Positions 1-17,279 of a DNA stretch of 64,000 bases are shown in pieces; the first letter of the stretch is position 1; every line of letters starts with the position of its first letter. The DNA is taken from NCBI RefSeq assembly GCF_009914755.1, contig NC_060942.1; one strand, 5' to 3'. A model generated the notes under the pieces. That model worked only from the letters and a program-made list of their open reading frames with translations, searched no databases and was not told the origin of the DNA. Made by a program: the position numbers and the translations under genes. The DNA is from the human T2T-CHM13v2.0 reference genome, Homo sapiens.

Positions 1-217
1 CTCCGCCTCCCGGGTTCACACCATTCTCCTGCCTCAGCCTCCCGAGTAGCTGAGATTACAGGCGCCCGCCACCACGCCCGGCTAACTTTTTGTATTTTTA
101 GTAGAGACGGGGTTTCACCGTGTTAGCCAGGATGGTCTCGATCTCCTGACCTCGTGATCTGCCCGCCTTGGCTTCCCAAAGTGCTGGGATTACAGGCGTG
201 AGCCACTGCGCCCGGCC
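1..217 (-). mobile_element. AluY-like SINE (cut by window edge)
   Basis: Reverse-complement Alu ending cccggcc, CpG-rich. Confidence 0.93.
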
Positions 218-380
218 AACACTAGTGTTTTTAAACTGAGAATCCAGGTTTATAATGAAGAAACAATGAGACTCAAATATCCAATGGTAACAAAATATGA
301 AGCAAGCCTGAATGATTCCAAGATCCTTCAACTGCACTTTACTCAGACTACTACGAATAAAAATTCATTCCATGCTTTGT

Positions 381-618
381 TGTTCTCACTTGTAAGTGGG
401 AGTTAAACACTGAGTACACACGGACACTAAGAAGGGAATAACGGGACACCGGGGCCTACTTGAGGGTGAGGGTGGGAGGAGGGCGAGGATGTAAAAAACA
501 CTCATCGGGTACTATACTTATTACCTGGGTGATGAAATCATCTGTATACCTGCAACACGCTATTTATAGATATAACAAACCTGAACATGTACCTCTGAAA
601 CTATAATAAAAGTTATTA
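381..618 (+). mobile_element. 5'-truncated L1PA (older primate) 3' end
   Basis: tgttctcacttgtaagtgggag...gggtgggagga...aataaa, flanked by a 22-bp direct repeat at 359-380 and 619-640. Confidence 0.88.
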
Positions 619-1021
619 AAAAATTCATTCCATGCTTTGTGATGAAAGAGGACATCGCGACATCAGGAAGGGTTGCTCATCGCAGCACTGTGATGAGTCT
701 TCCCCCTGAGGTCCAGCGCACGGTTCATTCTTTCGGCTCTGGGGGCCTCCATGGACTCATTATAGCTGTCCCTCCACTCCTCACGGAGCACTTACTTGCA
801 CGCTTTTCTCTCTCTCTGAAGCACTCATAACATCTGACAACATGCGGTGGTTATGAATTGGCAGGGCACTTGTTTCTGCTCGCACATGTTGGCAGATTTA
901 TAAAACCTCCACCTGTTTTCAGGTGTGCTCCAGACCACATCTGCTCCGTCTCTGGTAATACAGGATCCCAGCCATTGGCAAGAAATACGTAATACTGAAA
1001 ATAGCAGCACACTTAAAAAAT

Positions 1022-2354
<1,333 letters not shown>

Positions 2355-3394
2355 CATACTTTTAATTTAAACTTCTTTTTTCCTGAAGAGCTCAGAGTTC
2401 TAATTCCAAGACAGCTTCCAATCCTTTTAGGAAGCCAGGAAATATATTGTTTCCAACTAGCATAAAACGAATATTTGGGGACAAATAATTTTCTAGAGGA
2501 AATGTATTTTAATAATCTTCTCATTTTTAACCCCACATCCTTTAATTGAAATGAATGGAGGAAGAAATGGTAACGGGAAGTAGCCACAAAGAGGCAGATG
2601 CATTTCAGGAAGTTTGAGAATTTGAGTCCAAACTACAGACACTAGACTCAAAACACAGAAACCACACTCAACAGAGAGGAGGATTGTTGAAGCTCGGCTG
2701 AGCTCTGTCAAGGTGGAAGCCTTGTCAGCCCCCAGGATGTTCAGCCATTCCTCTTCTCATACCGTTTTCCCTGGAAAGGGTTTGGTGACAGACTCCAAGC
2801 ATCCTGGGCTCCCTATGGGAATTCCCAGGCAGAGTATTCAGAAAGTTCATGAAACACCAGGAGCTAAGTGGATCAGTGGCCATGATGACTGGCCAATGAG
2901 ACACACTCATGGGCTCAACTGAGAGCAGGGGAACACATGACAAGCAGCCTTGAAAGGGGGAGGAAGCTGCGTTTCTGTAAGCGAGTCCTGGTTCAGAGGA
3001 AAGAGTTCAACCTTACGGATTAATTATGTTTGAAGATATAAAGCTAGCAATAACTGCAGCCACCCATCGATGGTCCCTGGGGATTTAATTCTTTAAGTAG
3101 ACATAGGTGCCCTGCAGCAGCTTATAAAACTAATTGTGGGGAAAATGGCCAGGCACTAAAAATAATTAACTTTTCTTTTTCTTCCATCCCCTACCGACCC
3201 TTTCCCCACTCTAATGGCATAAATCTAATGGCAACAAAACATGGGTCTTATTTTTAAAGGTTAAAAACAATGAAAATTCAAGTGGCACATATTCTACTTA
3301 GTATTTTAAAGCACACCTTTTAAATGAAATTGCCTTAGCATGAACTCAGGATAAACTTAAAATCAGAGGCTATAGGGCTAAAAGAAAAGAATGG

Positions 3395-3550
3395 TGATCC
3401 AGACATGGATTCGAGCCCTGCCTGAATGATTACCTACGTGACCCTGAGTAGGGCATTTAACCACTTTAAGCCTCAATTTCCTCATTTGGAAAATGAGGCT
3501 AGTAAATAACGTATCTCAAAGAGGTAATGTGAAGACCAGAAATGATAGGC
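3395..3550 (+). mobile_element. MIR
   Basis: MIR core-like gtgaccctgagtagggcatttaaccactttaagcctcaatttcctcatttggaaaatgagg. Confidence 0.75.
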
Positions 3551-5094
3551 ATACGACTTTTGAACTGCTTTTCATGACACTTCAACTTAGAATTGCTGAA
3601 ACGGGCCTTGAAAATATCCTATATACAATTGTTTTGGATTGTAAGCTACAGGGTCACCAGATTTCTTATGTGATAGATATCAATTTCTTCCTTGTATAAA
3701 AGTATAGATGTATATAGTTCAAGCTAGAATGATACATCTTTTGTTTCCACAGCAACGTACCTAGATAATATTTGGGAGTGCTCTTACTCAGGAACAAGAG
3801 AAGAAGGAGAACAGTCTTCTGATGGTACATTATAGCTATAATCTAAATATTTATGGACACTTTCTTCTCACACATAGAATATACTTTCTACCTCTCCAAG
3901 AAAAACAGTTCCAAATTTCTACCCAGTTATACAGCTCATGAGGTGGAGGCCTAGGTGATGCTTGGTCCTCTCTTACAGTTCAGTTATTCGCTCCTTACAG
4001 GTCCACAAAATTGCACCCAGCACACGTCAGTGGAGTGGAAACATCATCAGTGCAATAAAAACTCCCATTTGGAGAAAGGAGGTGCGGGAAACACAACACA
4101 GGTACCGGATTACGGTTATGATCAAATCCCACTAGGCAGGAGCTGGGAAGACTCCCTGCCTAGCAGACACCTAAGTCTCATGCTGGAAGCCCTCGGCTCT
4201 TCACTGGGAGGAGCTTCCTTGTCAATTGTCTTTCTCAACCTCTGCCAGTCTGAAGCCTCTCCATCCCCAGACCCACCTCCCATGCTGTGTGTGACTGACA
4301 TTTTGGTGAACCTAATATCTGTAATTCTCATTTAACCAAAGATCACGAAGTCTTATGCCATTAGTGTTCTTTTATATTTCTGTGTCTCGTGGCTTGAAAT
4401 GGGTTGTAAACTCTTTCAGAGCCTAAATAATGTTTCTTAGATGCTTCCAAAGCACTTACAAGTTTTCTATACATGGGCCATGTTCAGATTATTATAATGG
4501 CAACCCTAGTAGTAGCTTTACTAATAATTTTGCAATATGTAACTGAAACTATCAATCAGGAATGTTTGACTGAATGATTAATTGAAATTATCAATCAAAA
4601 ATAATCAGAAATGTTTTCAAAGACTTTTATAAACAAAAGTTCATCAGAAAATTAATTATGCTTACAAAACAATAGGGGCAACACCTAAATACCCAATAAA
4701 AATCTATAGATTTTCTCCACTAATCATTATATAGTATTGACAATACCCAAAAGGAAAAAAAATTGGTGCATCACTGAAGAAGTCAAGTTAAGGCAAAATG
4801 AGTCAGTACGTTTTCAAATGAATATGTAATTTATGTCTTAGGGAGGATTTCAATGAAATCCATGTCTGATATTTCCAGATGTGGTAACTGCTGGAATAAC
4901 TTGTATTTTTGCTTTTTTGCACAAATAGAAACTAATACATAGAACCAAATGATTTATTTATCTTTTCTCACTGCAGTTTTATTGTATTAATTTTTAAAAC
5001 ATTGAAGATATGTTGGGGCTCATCAAGCAGAGGAATAAAATTAGGCATGGTACAATTATAAATGGTGCAGGTTTTCTAGGACCTTGTCCCTCAG

Positions 5095-5215
5095 AGCTTC
5101 TTCCATTAGAAATACAGAAACTTGGGCCCCACCCAATACCTACTGAATGAAAATCTGCATTCCAACAAGACACTCAAGTGATTTATATACACATTAAAGT
5201 TTGGGAAGCATTGAG
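5095..5215. mobile_element. MER5A-type hAT DNA transposon fragment
   Basis: gggccccacccaatacctactgaatgaaaatctgcattccaacaag...taaagtttgggaagcattg. Confidence 0.75.
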
Positions 5216-5726
5216 TTAAAGTCAGTTGGACAGTTCTTTTCTCTTATTAGTAGAAACTAATATTTTACCTGCTATTTAAATCTCATCCCAGCAAATACCA
5301 TTTTAATGAGAGTTCCCTTATAAAAAACATATCCCACCCTGTTTAATTGTCTAGATATTTTAGGTAATATCAAATACGATGAACACCAATTTGACAATAG
5401 AATTAAAACACTCTATTAAAAGTTGTTTGAGGTGAGATTTGATCTCTTAAATATAACTAAGTGAACATTAAATATAAGGCCAATGAAATTATACCCGAAG
5501 TATCCATTTATTAAAGCTAGATACATGGCACTAGTATAGGAAAAGGCAGAGTGTAAAAAATTTATAAGGCACAATCTTGTTCATAAAAAACTTATAGACC
5601 ATATTTTTACACACTATAAGACAATTTGATTATGACCTTCTAAAGTTCTTCCGTGGCCTCATTTTATTGTTTCATGTTTTAAGATTGAACAAGACAGAAA
5701 CATTCTTCAAAATAGTAGGACTTTAT

Positions 5727-6023
5727 GGCTGGGCGCGGTGGCTCACGCCTGTAATCCTAGCACTTTGGGAGGCAGAGGTGGGTGGATCACGAGGTCAGGA
5801 GATAGAGACCATCCTGGCTAACACAGTGAAACCCAGTCTCTACTAAAAATACGAAAAATTAGCTGAGTGTGGTGGCAGGCGCCTGTAGTCCCAGCTTCTC
5901 AGGAGGCTGAGGCAGGAGAATCACTTGAACCCAGGAGGCGGAGGTTGCAGTGAGCCAAGATTGTGCCACTGCACTCCAGCCTGGGCGACAGAGCAAGACT
6001 CTGTCAAAAAAAAAAAAAAAAAA
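5727..6023 (+). mobile_element. AluS/Y SINE
   Basis: Full Alu with poly-A; TSD agtaggacttta. Confidence 0.95.
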
Positions 6024-7879
6024 GTAGGACTTTACAATGTTTCTAAGAAGACTATTACCTGAATTAAACGTTTTCCTTCATAGCCTATTCTGATTACAAC
6101 ATATGCTAAATAAAGTATATACTTTTTTCTTATTTTTTGAGTTGTTTCTCTGTCCCTTGAAAAAAATACAGATAAATAGACTAAATAGATTCTGGAACAT
6201 CAACAAGGAGATAGAAATCACAATTTATACCCTTAAAGAAGTAGTCATACTTCACGTTCCTTGTCATCTCTGTTCTGCCAAAGTGCTATTAGATTAGATA
6301 TAAGAAATTTCTTGAAGTACTTAGATTACTACTCCATGTTAACCTTCAATGATGTTGAATTCAGCACGGCTTTAAAAGGAATTGAGGGGAAGGTGATTTA
6401 CAATAAGAAACTAATAAGAAGTTAATATGTAGCCCATTTCATGGCAGGTGAATGAAGTTGAACAAACTCTATGTATAGCCTTGAATATGTCCTGAATATA
6501 CACTTGTGTATACCCAATATTTTCCTGGGAATTCTTCATCACGGAAGTATCAAAATGATTTACTCTAGATGAATTCGAGCACAGAGACAGCCTTAAATAG
6601 CTATTTGTGTTGATTTGAAAATGGTTGCAGGATCAATAGTAATATAGGAATGTAACAGAAAGGGAATGGAAAGAATAAGAATTGCATACTGAGAATTTGC
6701 TAAATCACTAAAAATTCTATCTCATCTGTACTTCTTATTTAACTGAATAAGTTTGATGGAGGACAGTAAATAAGATATGAGTTTGGAATTTTCATTTACA
6801 TACAGTATTGTATGTTCATATTAGTCTCAAAATATTTGTTTAGAGCATCCTCACGGGTGTTCCCTACCATTTCGCTTCACGTCAATGCATCACTTTCCTC
6901 AACTATTCTCCTGTTGTCAAAGACTAGAAGGGCTATCATTTCATAGTCTCATTTTCAGTTAGAATATATAACCGAATTATTGGCTTCATTTTAATGGAAA
7001 CAGGAATAAAAAGATGTCATTGAAATCATTGAAAAGCACGCCCTAAAGTAAGTCTATTGGCCATTTATTTTTTATCTATATTGTTAGTGGCTAATAATTT
7101 TTTGTTACACTTTAAACAGTAAATATACACATCGTCCCCCACCAAAATAATATGGAAATGTTCCATTTAATTGTCATAAGAAGAACTCTGAGAACTGCAT
7201 TTAAGTACACCTAGACTCTTTACAGTAAAGCATTGATGAAATTAACAATAAAAAGGTATAATGATTTCTACTGGAATAATTACATGGGTAATTTAACAGT
7301 GGATTTGGATAAAACTGGAGGCATTTGTATGATATACAGTTAAATATTTATAAATGGTATACTGTTTTTTGGATAAAGAGGCAATCTTTAAAAACGTTAA
7401 GTAGAAGAAATTCTTAAAGTGTACATTTTCTCTTTCATTATTCTAATGAATATCTATTCAAAAATAAAAAAGAATTAAAGATTTTAGATTACAGTTACTA
7501 ATCAATGGAAAGAATAATGCTGAAGATATAAGCGTACCAATGTATTCCAAAGACTCAGCTATGAAGGATGTGAAACTGCCTGTTTCTTTGATCAGATTTT
7601 AATGCTGACTGCTCTATCAATGTCGAACATGTCACTTAACAAAAAATCCAAAGATGAGCAGTTCCAGGTTAGCTAATTCAATGCACAATTACACAGGTGT
7701 TTTCTCAATGTTGTTCTCAATGCATCATCGGTGTTCACCTTCATGCTTGTTCTCTCACGGTCGCAAGAAACTGCTGCAGCTTCTTACATGAAGACATAAT
7801 ATCTTCACAAAACTTCATACAGAGATAGAAAAAAGGTGAATCTCATTTCAAGAGCTTGTAATTTGTAGAGCTAAGCTTC

Positions 7880-9460
7880 TACCTGAAATCATTTTCCTTA
7901 AGTCTGAAGAGCATCCTCTAATATTTGTGTAGTGCAGGTCTGCTGGTGCAAAATTCTCTCAGTCTTTCGTATCTGATAATATCTTTATTTGACCTTCATT
8001 TCTTCTACCTACATTCTCAGATACAGAATTATAGGTTCATAGTTTTTTTCCCTTTGAGAAGCAACTTTAATAATGTTATCCTATTGCTTTTTGAATGGCA
8101 TTCATTTCTGGTGAGAAGAGTGTGATAATTCTTACCACTGTTCCCTTGCACATAATGTGTCTTTTTATTTGACTGTTTTAAATATTTTTCTCTATCACTG
8201 ATATTCAAATTTTTTAATTATATTGTGTTTTTGTGGGACTTTCTTTTTGTTTGTTTAGATTGGAGTTTGTTAAACTTCTTGGACAGGGTGTTTATATTTT
8301 TCAACAAATTTGGGAAACATTTGGCTGTTATTTCTTAATATACATTTGTCTATGCCCACATCTTTCTCCAGTTATACTTCTGTTAGACCTTTTGAAGCTG
8401 TCCTATAGGTTATGTGGTTCAGTGGTTTTTTTTTTTTCTTCCTCAATTTCTTTTCTTCTTGTGCTTCAATTTGGGTAGGATTTATCATTCTATCCTCAAG
8501 TTCATCTATCTTTTCTTCTGTGGTATTTAATTTGCTCTTAAGCTCATTCAGTAGATTATTATAGCTATGGTATTTTTGTAGCTCCTCAGTTTCATTTGTT
8601 CTTTTTGTCCATCAATTCTCTTTTATAAATTCCATTCCTGTTTTCATTATGTCCATTTTCTGTAATCTTGAAAATATTTTAAAAAGCTGTTTTAAGGAGG
8701 TTTCACTTGTAGTTTGATTTTCATTGCTTGAGTTTTCTCTTGCTTTTTCACATGTCTAAAAATTTTCATCCGGATGCTGAACATTGTTATTTCTACATTA
8801 TCGAGTGTCTCAATTTTGTTGTCATTTAAAAAGTGTTGAGTTTTATACTGGCAGGAAGTTAAGTTACTTGCATCAGCTTTATCCTAGTAGGCTTGTTTAT
8901 AGGTTTTGTTGTGATGGGCCTGCAGTAACCTTCACGGTATGATTAGCTCAGTCCCAGTAGAGTAGAAGAATTCTTCACTCTGGCCAAAGCTAAAATATTT
9001 TCAGAAATCTATATGAGCTCTGGCAGTTACTAACTTTACAGTTCCTCAATTTTTGTTCTTTCCCCAGGAGTTTTGCTTTGTCTGACTTCATGGAGTCTTA
9101 CCTATGCATGCACAGCTTAGAATTCAGCTAAAGTGTCTAGATGACTCCTTGAAGATCTCTGGAGCTCCTTCTCTGTCTTTCTCCTCTCCATTACTCTGTG
9201 CCACAAATATCAGCCTTCTCATCCTCTCCAAATTCCCATCTTCAGCTCAGCAAGACCACCATGCTCAGTTTGGATTCCCTTCCCCACATAATGTACAGTA
9301 AATTCCTCCAGGTAGAAAGCTGGAAAAATCCTTTAGCCTATCCTGTTGTTTCCCTTCTCTCAGCCATCATAAACCCACACTTCCAACAGCTCAGCATCTG
9401 AAAACAGTTGTTTCATATATTTTCTCTAGTTTTCTCTTTGATTATAGGAGGATAGCTGGT
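7880..9460 (-). mobile_element. Ancient L1M fragment (5'/ORF1 region)
   Basis: T-rich antisense L1M-like sequence (gtgcaggtctgctggtgcaaaattctctcagt; ctgaaaacagttgtttcatatatttt). Confidence 0.65.
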
Positions 9461-12400
9461 CTAGTACACTTCACATATCTTTTTAACACCTGCCTGACTA
9501 ATATGAATATATACTTGCATAAAGGTATCTACCTACCCACCTAGAAGTAGAATGTTCTGATTAAAACAATATTTTTATCAAAGGCTTACTATATATAAAC
9601 ACTATATGAATAATAAATATTTTATTTGTAACCAGCTTATACATTAAAATGAATAATTACATCTTGCCTTATTTTCTCTCTTCTTACCTCATTTCAGATA
9701 CAACCTAGAAGTTTTCCAGGTTGCTGGAACCAGGAAATATGAGTCAAGTATCACCCCCACCCACCACCACCTTTTTCATCAAAGATTCTACCCACAGCAC
9801 CATCCTGCGCCCTCCCTGTCTCTCACCATTTACAACATAGACCTCAGGTGAACATACATCCTCTTTCAACTTCTTCCACACTTTTGTCTTTCTTGAATTC
9901 TTAGCAGAGAATCTCAGGAAAACTCCTTGTTCTCTTTTTACTTTCTTTTTATATTGTTTGTAAATTTAAACATGATTAAAGTCATTGATTACAAATGCAA
10001 TAGTGCTAGTATAAATTTGTCAGAGAAAATCAAAGTTACACATTTTGTAATGAAAATAGATTTTCTAACAAGTTTCTTACCTTCTAAAATGTGTTTCTCA
10101 AGTTATGAGACCCTTTAAAAATTGCTATTCATTTGTACTAATACATTTGTAAATGTAACAGAAAATAATAATTAGTAGAAAATGATCACATGCCTGCATG
10201 TCACCACAATGTCATTGTGCTATATAAATTTTAAACGCTTTCTCTCAATGTCTGCATTTAACTTGTTGAAAATCTGTTTCAAACAATTCATGGACCAGCA
10301 CTGATCTGCCATTTGGGATAGCAGTGACTTAGAGTATTAAGTCAGAATATTGTCAATCATCTCTTGCTAATGGCTTACCCATCCCTAACTAACATTTTCT
10401 ACAGCTTTATATTGGAAATAAATAGCTGAAACTTTCCTCCCAATAAAGTTGGTATTCTTAAAATTACCATTATAATCAATGATAGTAATTAAAATTCCCT
10501 TTTCCAGGGTGGTGATGGCTAAAAATACCTTTGAGAAAACACTGAAACAAACTTCCTATTATGTCTTAGAGGCCCTGACACTTAGTTGGAGAAGCTCCCT
10601 GATTAGGAATGCTGGAGCACCAGGCTCCTTTCTGCTAAGTCCCAGCCCTGGAAAGCATGGAGGGAACCAGGCCAGTGTCTGCTGGCCTCCAATCAGCCTA
10701 GTGGAATCAGCTCTCATAGGTCGGGAAGGAGTGAACCTGTGGACTAAAGAACGGCACAGCAGGAGCCGGCTCACCACATTTCCTGTTAGATGTTATCAAT
10801 GCTTCTCTTTGCAATTTTGTGAACGCGTTGGGGTGCACTAAGCGGCTAATGAATGTCTACTTGCCAAGTTTCTAAAAGGGAGTATGAACCAAAAGACAGC
10901 CAACAAACAGAAGTCTGCTACTGTGGATTAAACTAACTTTCATAAATTAAACTTGGAAATTAACATTTATATCTAACCCAGAAAAATCAGCGGCTCAACA
11001 AACTTTTGGAACTCAGCTAGATTGAAGTCTGTGAACTTCTTAGACATTATACAGGCTGCTATTTTAAAACAAATAGAATATCTCTTAATACTAAGATGAT
11101 TTGAAAATGATATAACTTTTTCTTTCATGATTCAGAAAGTATTTAAGACATTTTATGACCTTAGAGCTATTGCCAGTAACATCAACTCCATTATAAGGTA
11201 CCGAATAGGTAGAAGTAGAGAGCTTGAAAGAATTTGCACTGGCTTGCTGAAATGTCTAGGTTCTCTTTTTAGACAGAAAAGATTCTTTTTATTTATGTAT
11301 TAACATTTTTGTTTTTTATTAAGAATAATTAATTTGAGCTTTCAGATTGTTTAATTTTGCAAAAGTAGGAAATTTTCTCTTACTTTCTTATTTTGTATTT
11401 TGGAGATTACTTCTAACAAAAACAACCTGCCGCTTCTCTTTTATTCCCTTCACAACTATGATGACTTAAATTGTCCACTCAACAACGGGAGTATTTAAAA
11501 GAATCACTACATATAGCCCTGAATTTTTTCTCACACATCCTGTTAATAGCCCTAAAGTGCCATCTGTTATCTAGAACGTGTGAAAAATAAAAGAATCAAA
11601 GCTGCACATTATTTTGGTGAATGCTTGAAGGAATAATTTTTTTCATTCACGCATCCTCAAATATGCTTAGTTTTCATCTTCAAATATGGCCTTCCTTAAA
11701 TGGAAACAACCCAATTCAAAAAGTACAGAGTGTGTGGAGAAACAAAGGGAGGGGAGGGATAAATGTAATTGCAATCAACAGGTGCAGATACAAGCAATAC
11801 AAAGCTAGTCTTTGAAGAATCAGAGGGAAAAAGAATCCCACAATAATTTACCAACAACACAAGAGACTGACATGAATGGTGAATGGCTTTCCATTTTTTA
11901 ATTGAATGTAATGATAGGACTTATAAAACATACACAGACACCCATTGCTCAGAGGAAGCACATATTCGCATTCTGCCACATTTCGTTCTGCCAGCACACT
12001 TAAGAAAAAGAAATTAAAACTTCATGGCATAGCTAAAGCCTTGCCTACAGTTCTTTCACTCCTCCTCTTCCTTCTTCCTCAAGCCTTATCCTAAGGTCAG
12101 TGTATATCATTCCCATGAATATTTAACTCACTTTTTCTACATATGTATGCACCCATAAATAATACATACAATTGTTATATGAATTTAACCCTATATATAT
12201 ATTTTATGCACATATATAATATAGTCCATTTTAACTTCTGGGTAGTATTTCATTGCATAAATAAACCACAGACTACTCTAGAAATCTGGGGCTAGGGAAT
12301 AATTTACGAAAGTAGCAAGAGACAAGTCTCCATAGTCTGTGGGAAAAAATGTATTTAAAATAAAGGCAACAAGAAGGTGATATAAAGGCCTTCAAGACCT

Positions 12401-12942
12401 TAATATTTGCAGAGCCTTGGTTTCCCATCTGCAGCTTTCTCTGCTGGAGTTTTTCAAAACTTCTTTAGGTTTTATGTTTTATTTAGATACAGACAAGTTA
12501 TTGCATATATGCTTTCATGTTTATTTAAGGATATTTGTTGGCTATGAACAGTAATAGTGCAAAGCTAATAAAATTTTAAATGAACATGACAGAGAAATTT
12601 AGATTTAGATTTCTAGATAACTTATGACATATATATGTATATTATGGAATACTATGCATCCATTTAAAATAATAAAAAAATCCATCTATCTATATATCCA
12701 TATCTATATTTGATATGAAACAAGTTCCAAGATATATTTCAAGTGTTTTTTTAAATTTTAGAACAATTTTAAATTTACAGACAAGTTGAAAACATACTAC
12801 AGAGAGTTCTCTATACCCATTTTCCTCGACTGTTAAATCTTACATTAGTATGATACATCTGTCACAATTAACAAAACAATACTGAGACATGATTTTAAAC
12901 TAAAGTCCATATTTTATTGAAATCTTCTTAGTTTTCACCTAA

Positions 12943-13269
<327 letters not shown>

Positions 13270-13380
13270 TAGAATCCCATGCAGAATGCTGCATTACATT
13301 TAATCATCATGTCTCTACGGGCACCTCTAGGCAATGACTTCTTAGATATTTCTTGTTTTTGATGAGCTTCACAGTTCTGA

Positions 13381-14002
<622 letters not shown>

Positions 14003-17000
14003 TAGGAATTATTCTGAATTCTTCCATTTTGGACAGAATTGCCTCTTATCTCCCATTTATTCATTCAATCATTTACTTATATCAATATAAACTCACAATA
14101 TGCATTGTATACCCAAGGTTTTACTCCAATACAACTTTATTTATTTTGTTCCTCAAATTATTCCATCTTTGACCACTACCCTGACCTAACTCTAGTATCA
14201 GCCATTTCTCCAAGGAGCCCTGGTTCCTTTTATTGGAGAGTGGTATTTAGAAACCAAGATGTGGGCACTAGCTGTGCTCACTGCAACAGCTCCTCATTGC
14301 TTCTAGGCCCTCTCACCTGAAAGAACAAGAAAATATGTGTGCATATACGCAGATATAGAAATATTTATCCATATCACCATCTGTATTTATGTTAAAGTAA
14401 ATATGAGTTCCTAATGATGACTCCAATTCCAATCTGTTATCATATTGTTCTAGCCTTCCCTTGTTGCTTATCTGTAACCTCCCTCTCAAACAGGAAGACA
14501 CCTGCTGCCTCATCTGCCATCTATTTACTTATTTGTTTAATCACTCTATACATGTATAGTGATTTCAGAACTGATAACATGTACTTCTATTGGAAACTAA
14601 TCAAATAAAGCACAGTGCTTATATGCAGTTCCTTTTGTCTTCAGTCATACAATCTCCACTCATTTCCAGTTACCTAAGTCAGCAAATTTCTTCCATCTTC
14701 CTTCAGTGAAATAACACATTGTTTATATGCTTACATTTTTTTTGTCACAGTCTACATTCCATTCTGAGATCTTCCAACCTCTAATTGGTTAGTTTTTAAT
14801 TTGCAGACATTAAGGCATACTCTTTATGCTATAAAGTGCAATGGGTTTTGACGAATGTATAGTGTTGCGTATTCACCACTACAGTACCATACAGAATAAT
14901 GTCACCACCCTAAAATATTTTCTGTGCTTCACCTATTCAACCTTCTGCCACCTCTCTCCCTTAACTTCTGGCAACCACTGATCTGTTTGCCATCTCTTTA
15001 TTCTTTTCCAAAAAGTCATACAAATAGAATTATTCAGATGTAGCCTTCAAAGGTTGGATTTTTCACTTAGCAATATGCATTCAATATTCACCCTCCCAGC
15101 CTCACTCTGACCTATGTTTATGTTCTTATGCATAGATATATAGAAAATAGATATATATTTATGCATAAATATATAGAAAAATGTTTGAAGGGATACCTAT
15201 TACTGGCCTCAGTTATCTCTGGTGGAAAAATAAAAACTGAATTACAGATACGAACAAGTTAAAGGAAGAAGGCTTTCAATTTTATGCTCTTTATTTTTTT
15301 CTGAAATATTTAGATTTTTTTCCAATGAGTGTGCATCGCCACTATAATTTTAAAGGTTCTTTTTAAAAGTATGCCATTTTCTGCCACCTTTGTTTTCTTT
15401 CTATGTTCACACCCTTGTATATTCCTCAGTTTTCATTTCTATAGTAACTACAAAGACTTTTGATTAAAATCCTTTATAACAAAGAACAGAACTAACACTT
15501 TTTAAATCATACATTTTCCCCATGTTTAATGTTTAATAATCAAAATCAACCCAATTTTCTTGCTTAGACCAACATTTGCCTCCTTTTTTTCTCTCTCTGC
15601 TCCCCCTGCCTTTATGTCTTTTGTATCATCTCCCCTCCTGAAGCTTAGGTGGTATTAGGCAGCCAACAGACAACTCACCAGGCTTACAAAGACAGTTTTT
15701 GAAAGAACTGCTCTAGAACTGCCAGATGGTATTGCATCAACCACCTCAAGAAAAGGGCATGAACCATTGGCATCGTCTTTCAATCATTTCAACTACAGAT
15801 TTTGCAGCAGTTACAGATGAAGGCAACTACAACCTTGGACAAGATCACAGCCACATATTCGTCTCTTCTCTCTACCTGTCCTACTCCAATCCTGCTTCAA
15901 CTTAGAGAACTAGCTCATGTTAAGGGGCTTCTTGATGTGTAGCTGTTGAATAAAGCCTTTAACTTCTATTTTACTATTGTTTTCTTCAATGACATCTAAC
16001 AGAAAATTAATTTATGGTAAAAATCTGTCCTGTGCAAAACATAAAAAAACTATTAAATCTCATGGACAAAAGTCACCCCCAGGTCACTAGGTTGATGGAG
16101 ATTTTATAAGCAAAAGATGAATAAACATATAAACTATTGCAACCCCAAGGCAAACTTAGCATTCAATAAACCTAGACAAGCTCGAAATAGCATGACGGTT
16201 TTTTTTTGTTTGTTTGTTTTTGTTTTTTTTTTTTTTACAGTAAAACCAATCCTGTATGTAGTCATAAGTATCACTTAGCTTCAAAGTTCAACAGTTTGAG
16301 ACAGGATGTTGAAGTACTATTTGATAGAAAATTTTCCCTATCTTCTTAAAAGCTTGTCAATAATGGAAAATTTCCCCAAGTCCAACAATTTAAAGTTATT
16401 AAAATTGGATGCCCACTAACTAACCTGGACATCAGACAACGAACCTCTTCAGAATGAGAAATGGAGCTGCTGCCCTGAAGAAATTCCTATTTTAACAAAA
16501 AGGTTGGGGATTTTGGTGCATTTTAACAGCTTCTTCAATTAAGGGATTCATGTTTTCCTTCCATTGTTTCCTAAATGACCCTGGAAAAAACTGAAAGTAG
16601 AAGGTAAAATATACATAAAGGTGTGAGTTCTAGGTGGATCATTGAATTATTGCAAAGTGTGTGAGATATTGGTGCCCAGAGAGGGTCTGGAACTCAAATA
16701 TTGGTTCTTCTCATACCAAATCCTTATGCCAATAATAGCACCATGCGGGTGGCAATACTGGTCATATGTTCAGAGGAACTCTACTGTCTGGAGTCTGAGC
16801 ATCTGTAAGAACATGACAGTCTTATAATACATTTCCCTTCCTTACTAGCTAATGCCCAGAGCTCCATCTCACCCCATCACTTCCAAGCTGCTGCATCCTC
16901 AGTGTCTGGTGGATGCTTCTTGATGATTGCATGAGTTCAATGTATGCTGAGATTAACAACAGAGACAGTTGAGCTTTGCTGCTGGTTCATGCTGCTGCTT

Positions 17001-17279
17001 CCTCCAGGAAGCCTTTCCTCAGCATGTCATGTCTTCATTGGGCTCTCTCCTCTCAACCATTCACTCCTTACTTAATTCAAGTGGTGGGCATTCCCTTACA
17101 TTTTAATGATTTTTTAAATGATTTTTCACCTAAGTTCCTTCACATGACTTATTGCATTTGATTGATATTAATTTAATACTTCTGTGTGTAGAGAAGTCAT
17201 CTTCTCGGCGATCCCTGAACTTCTCTAAAATACAAGTTTTATAACTTATGCTTATTTGCATCACACAGAGCATTTAACT

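Noticed and set aside
15679-15995. Possible cryptic minus-strand exon (ttttctgttag acceptor, CTG|gtgagt donor)
   Set aside because: An in-frame stop follows immediately, and consensus splice sites are expected by chance in a >40-kb intron; no transcript evidence
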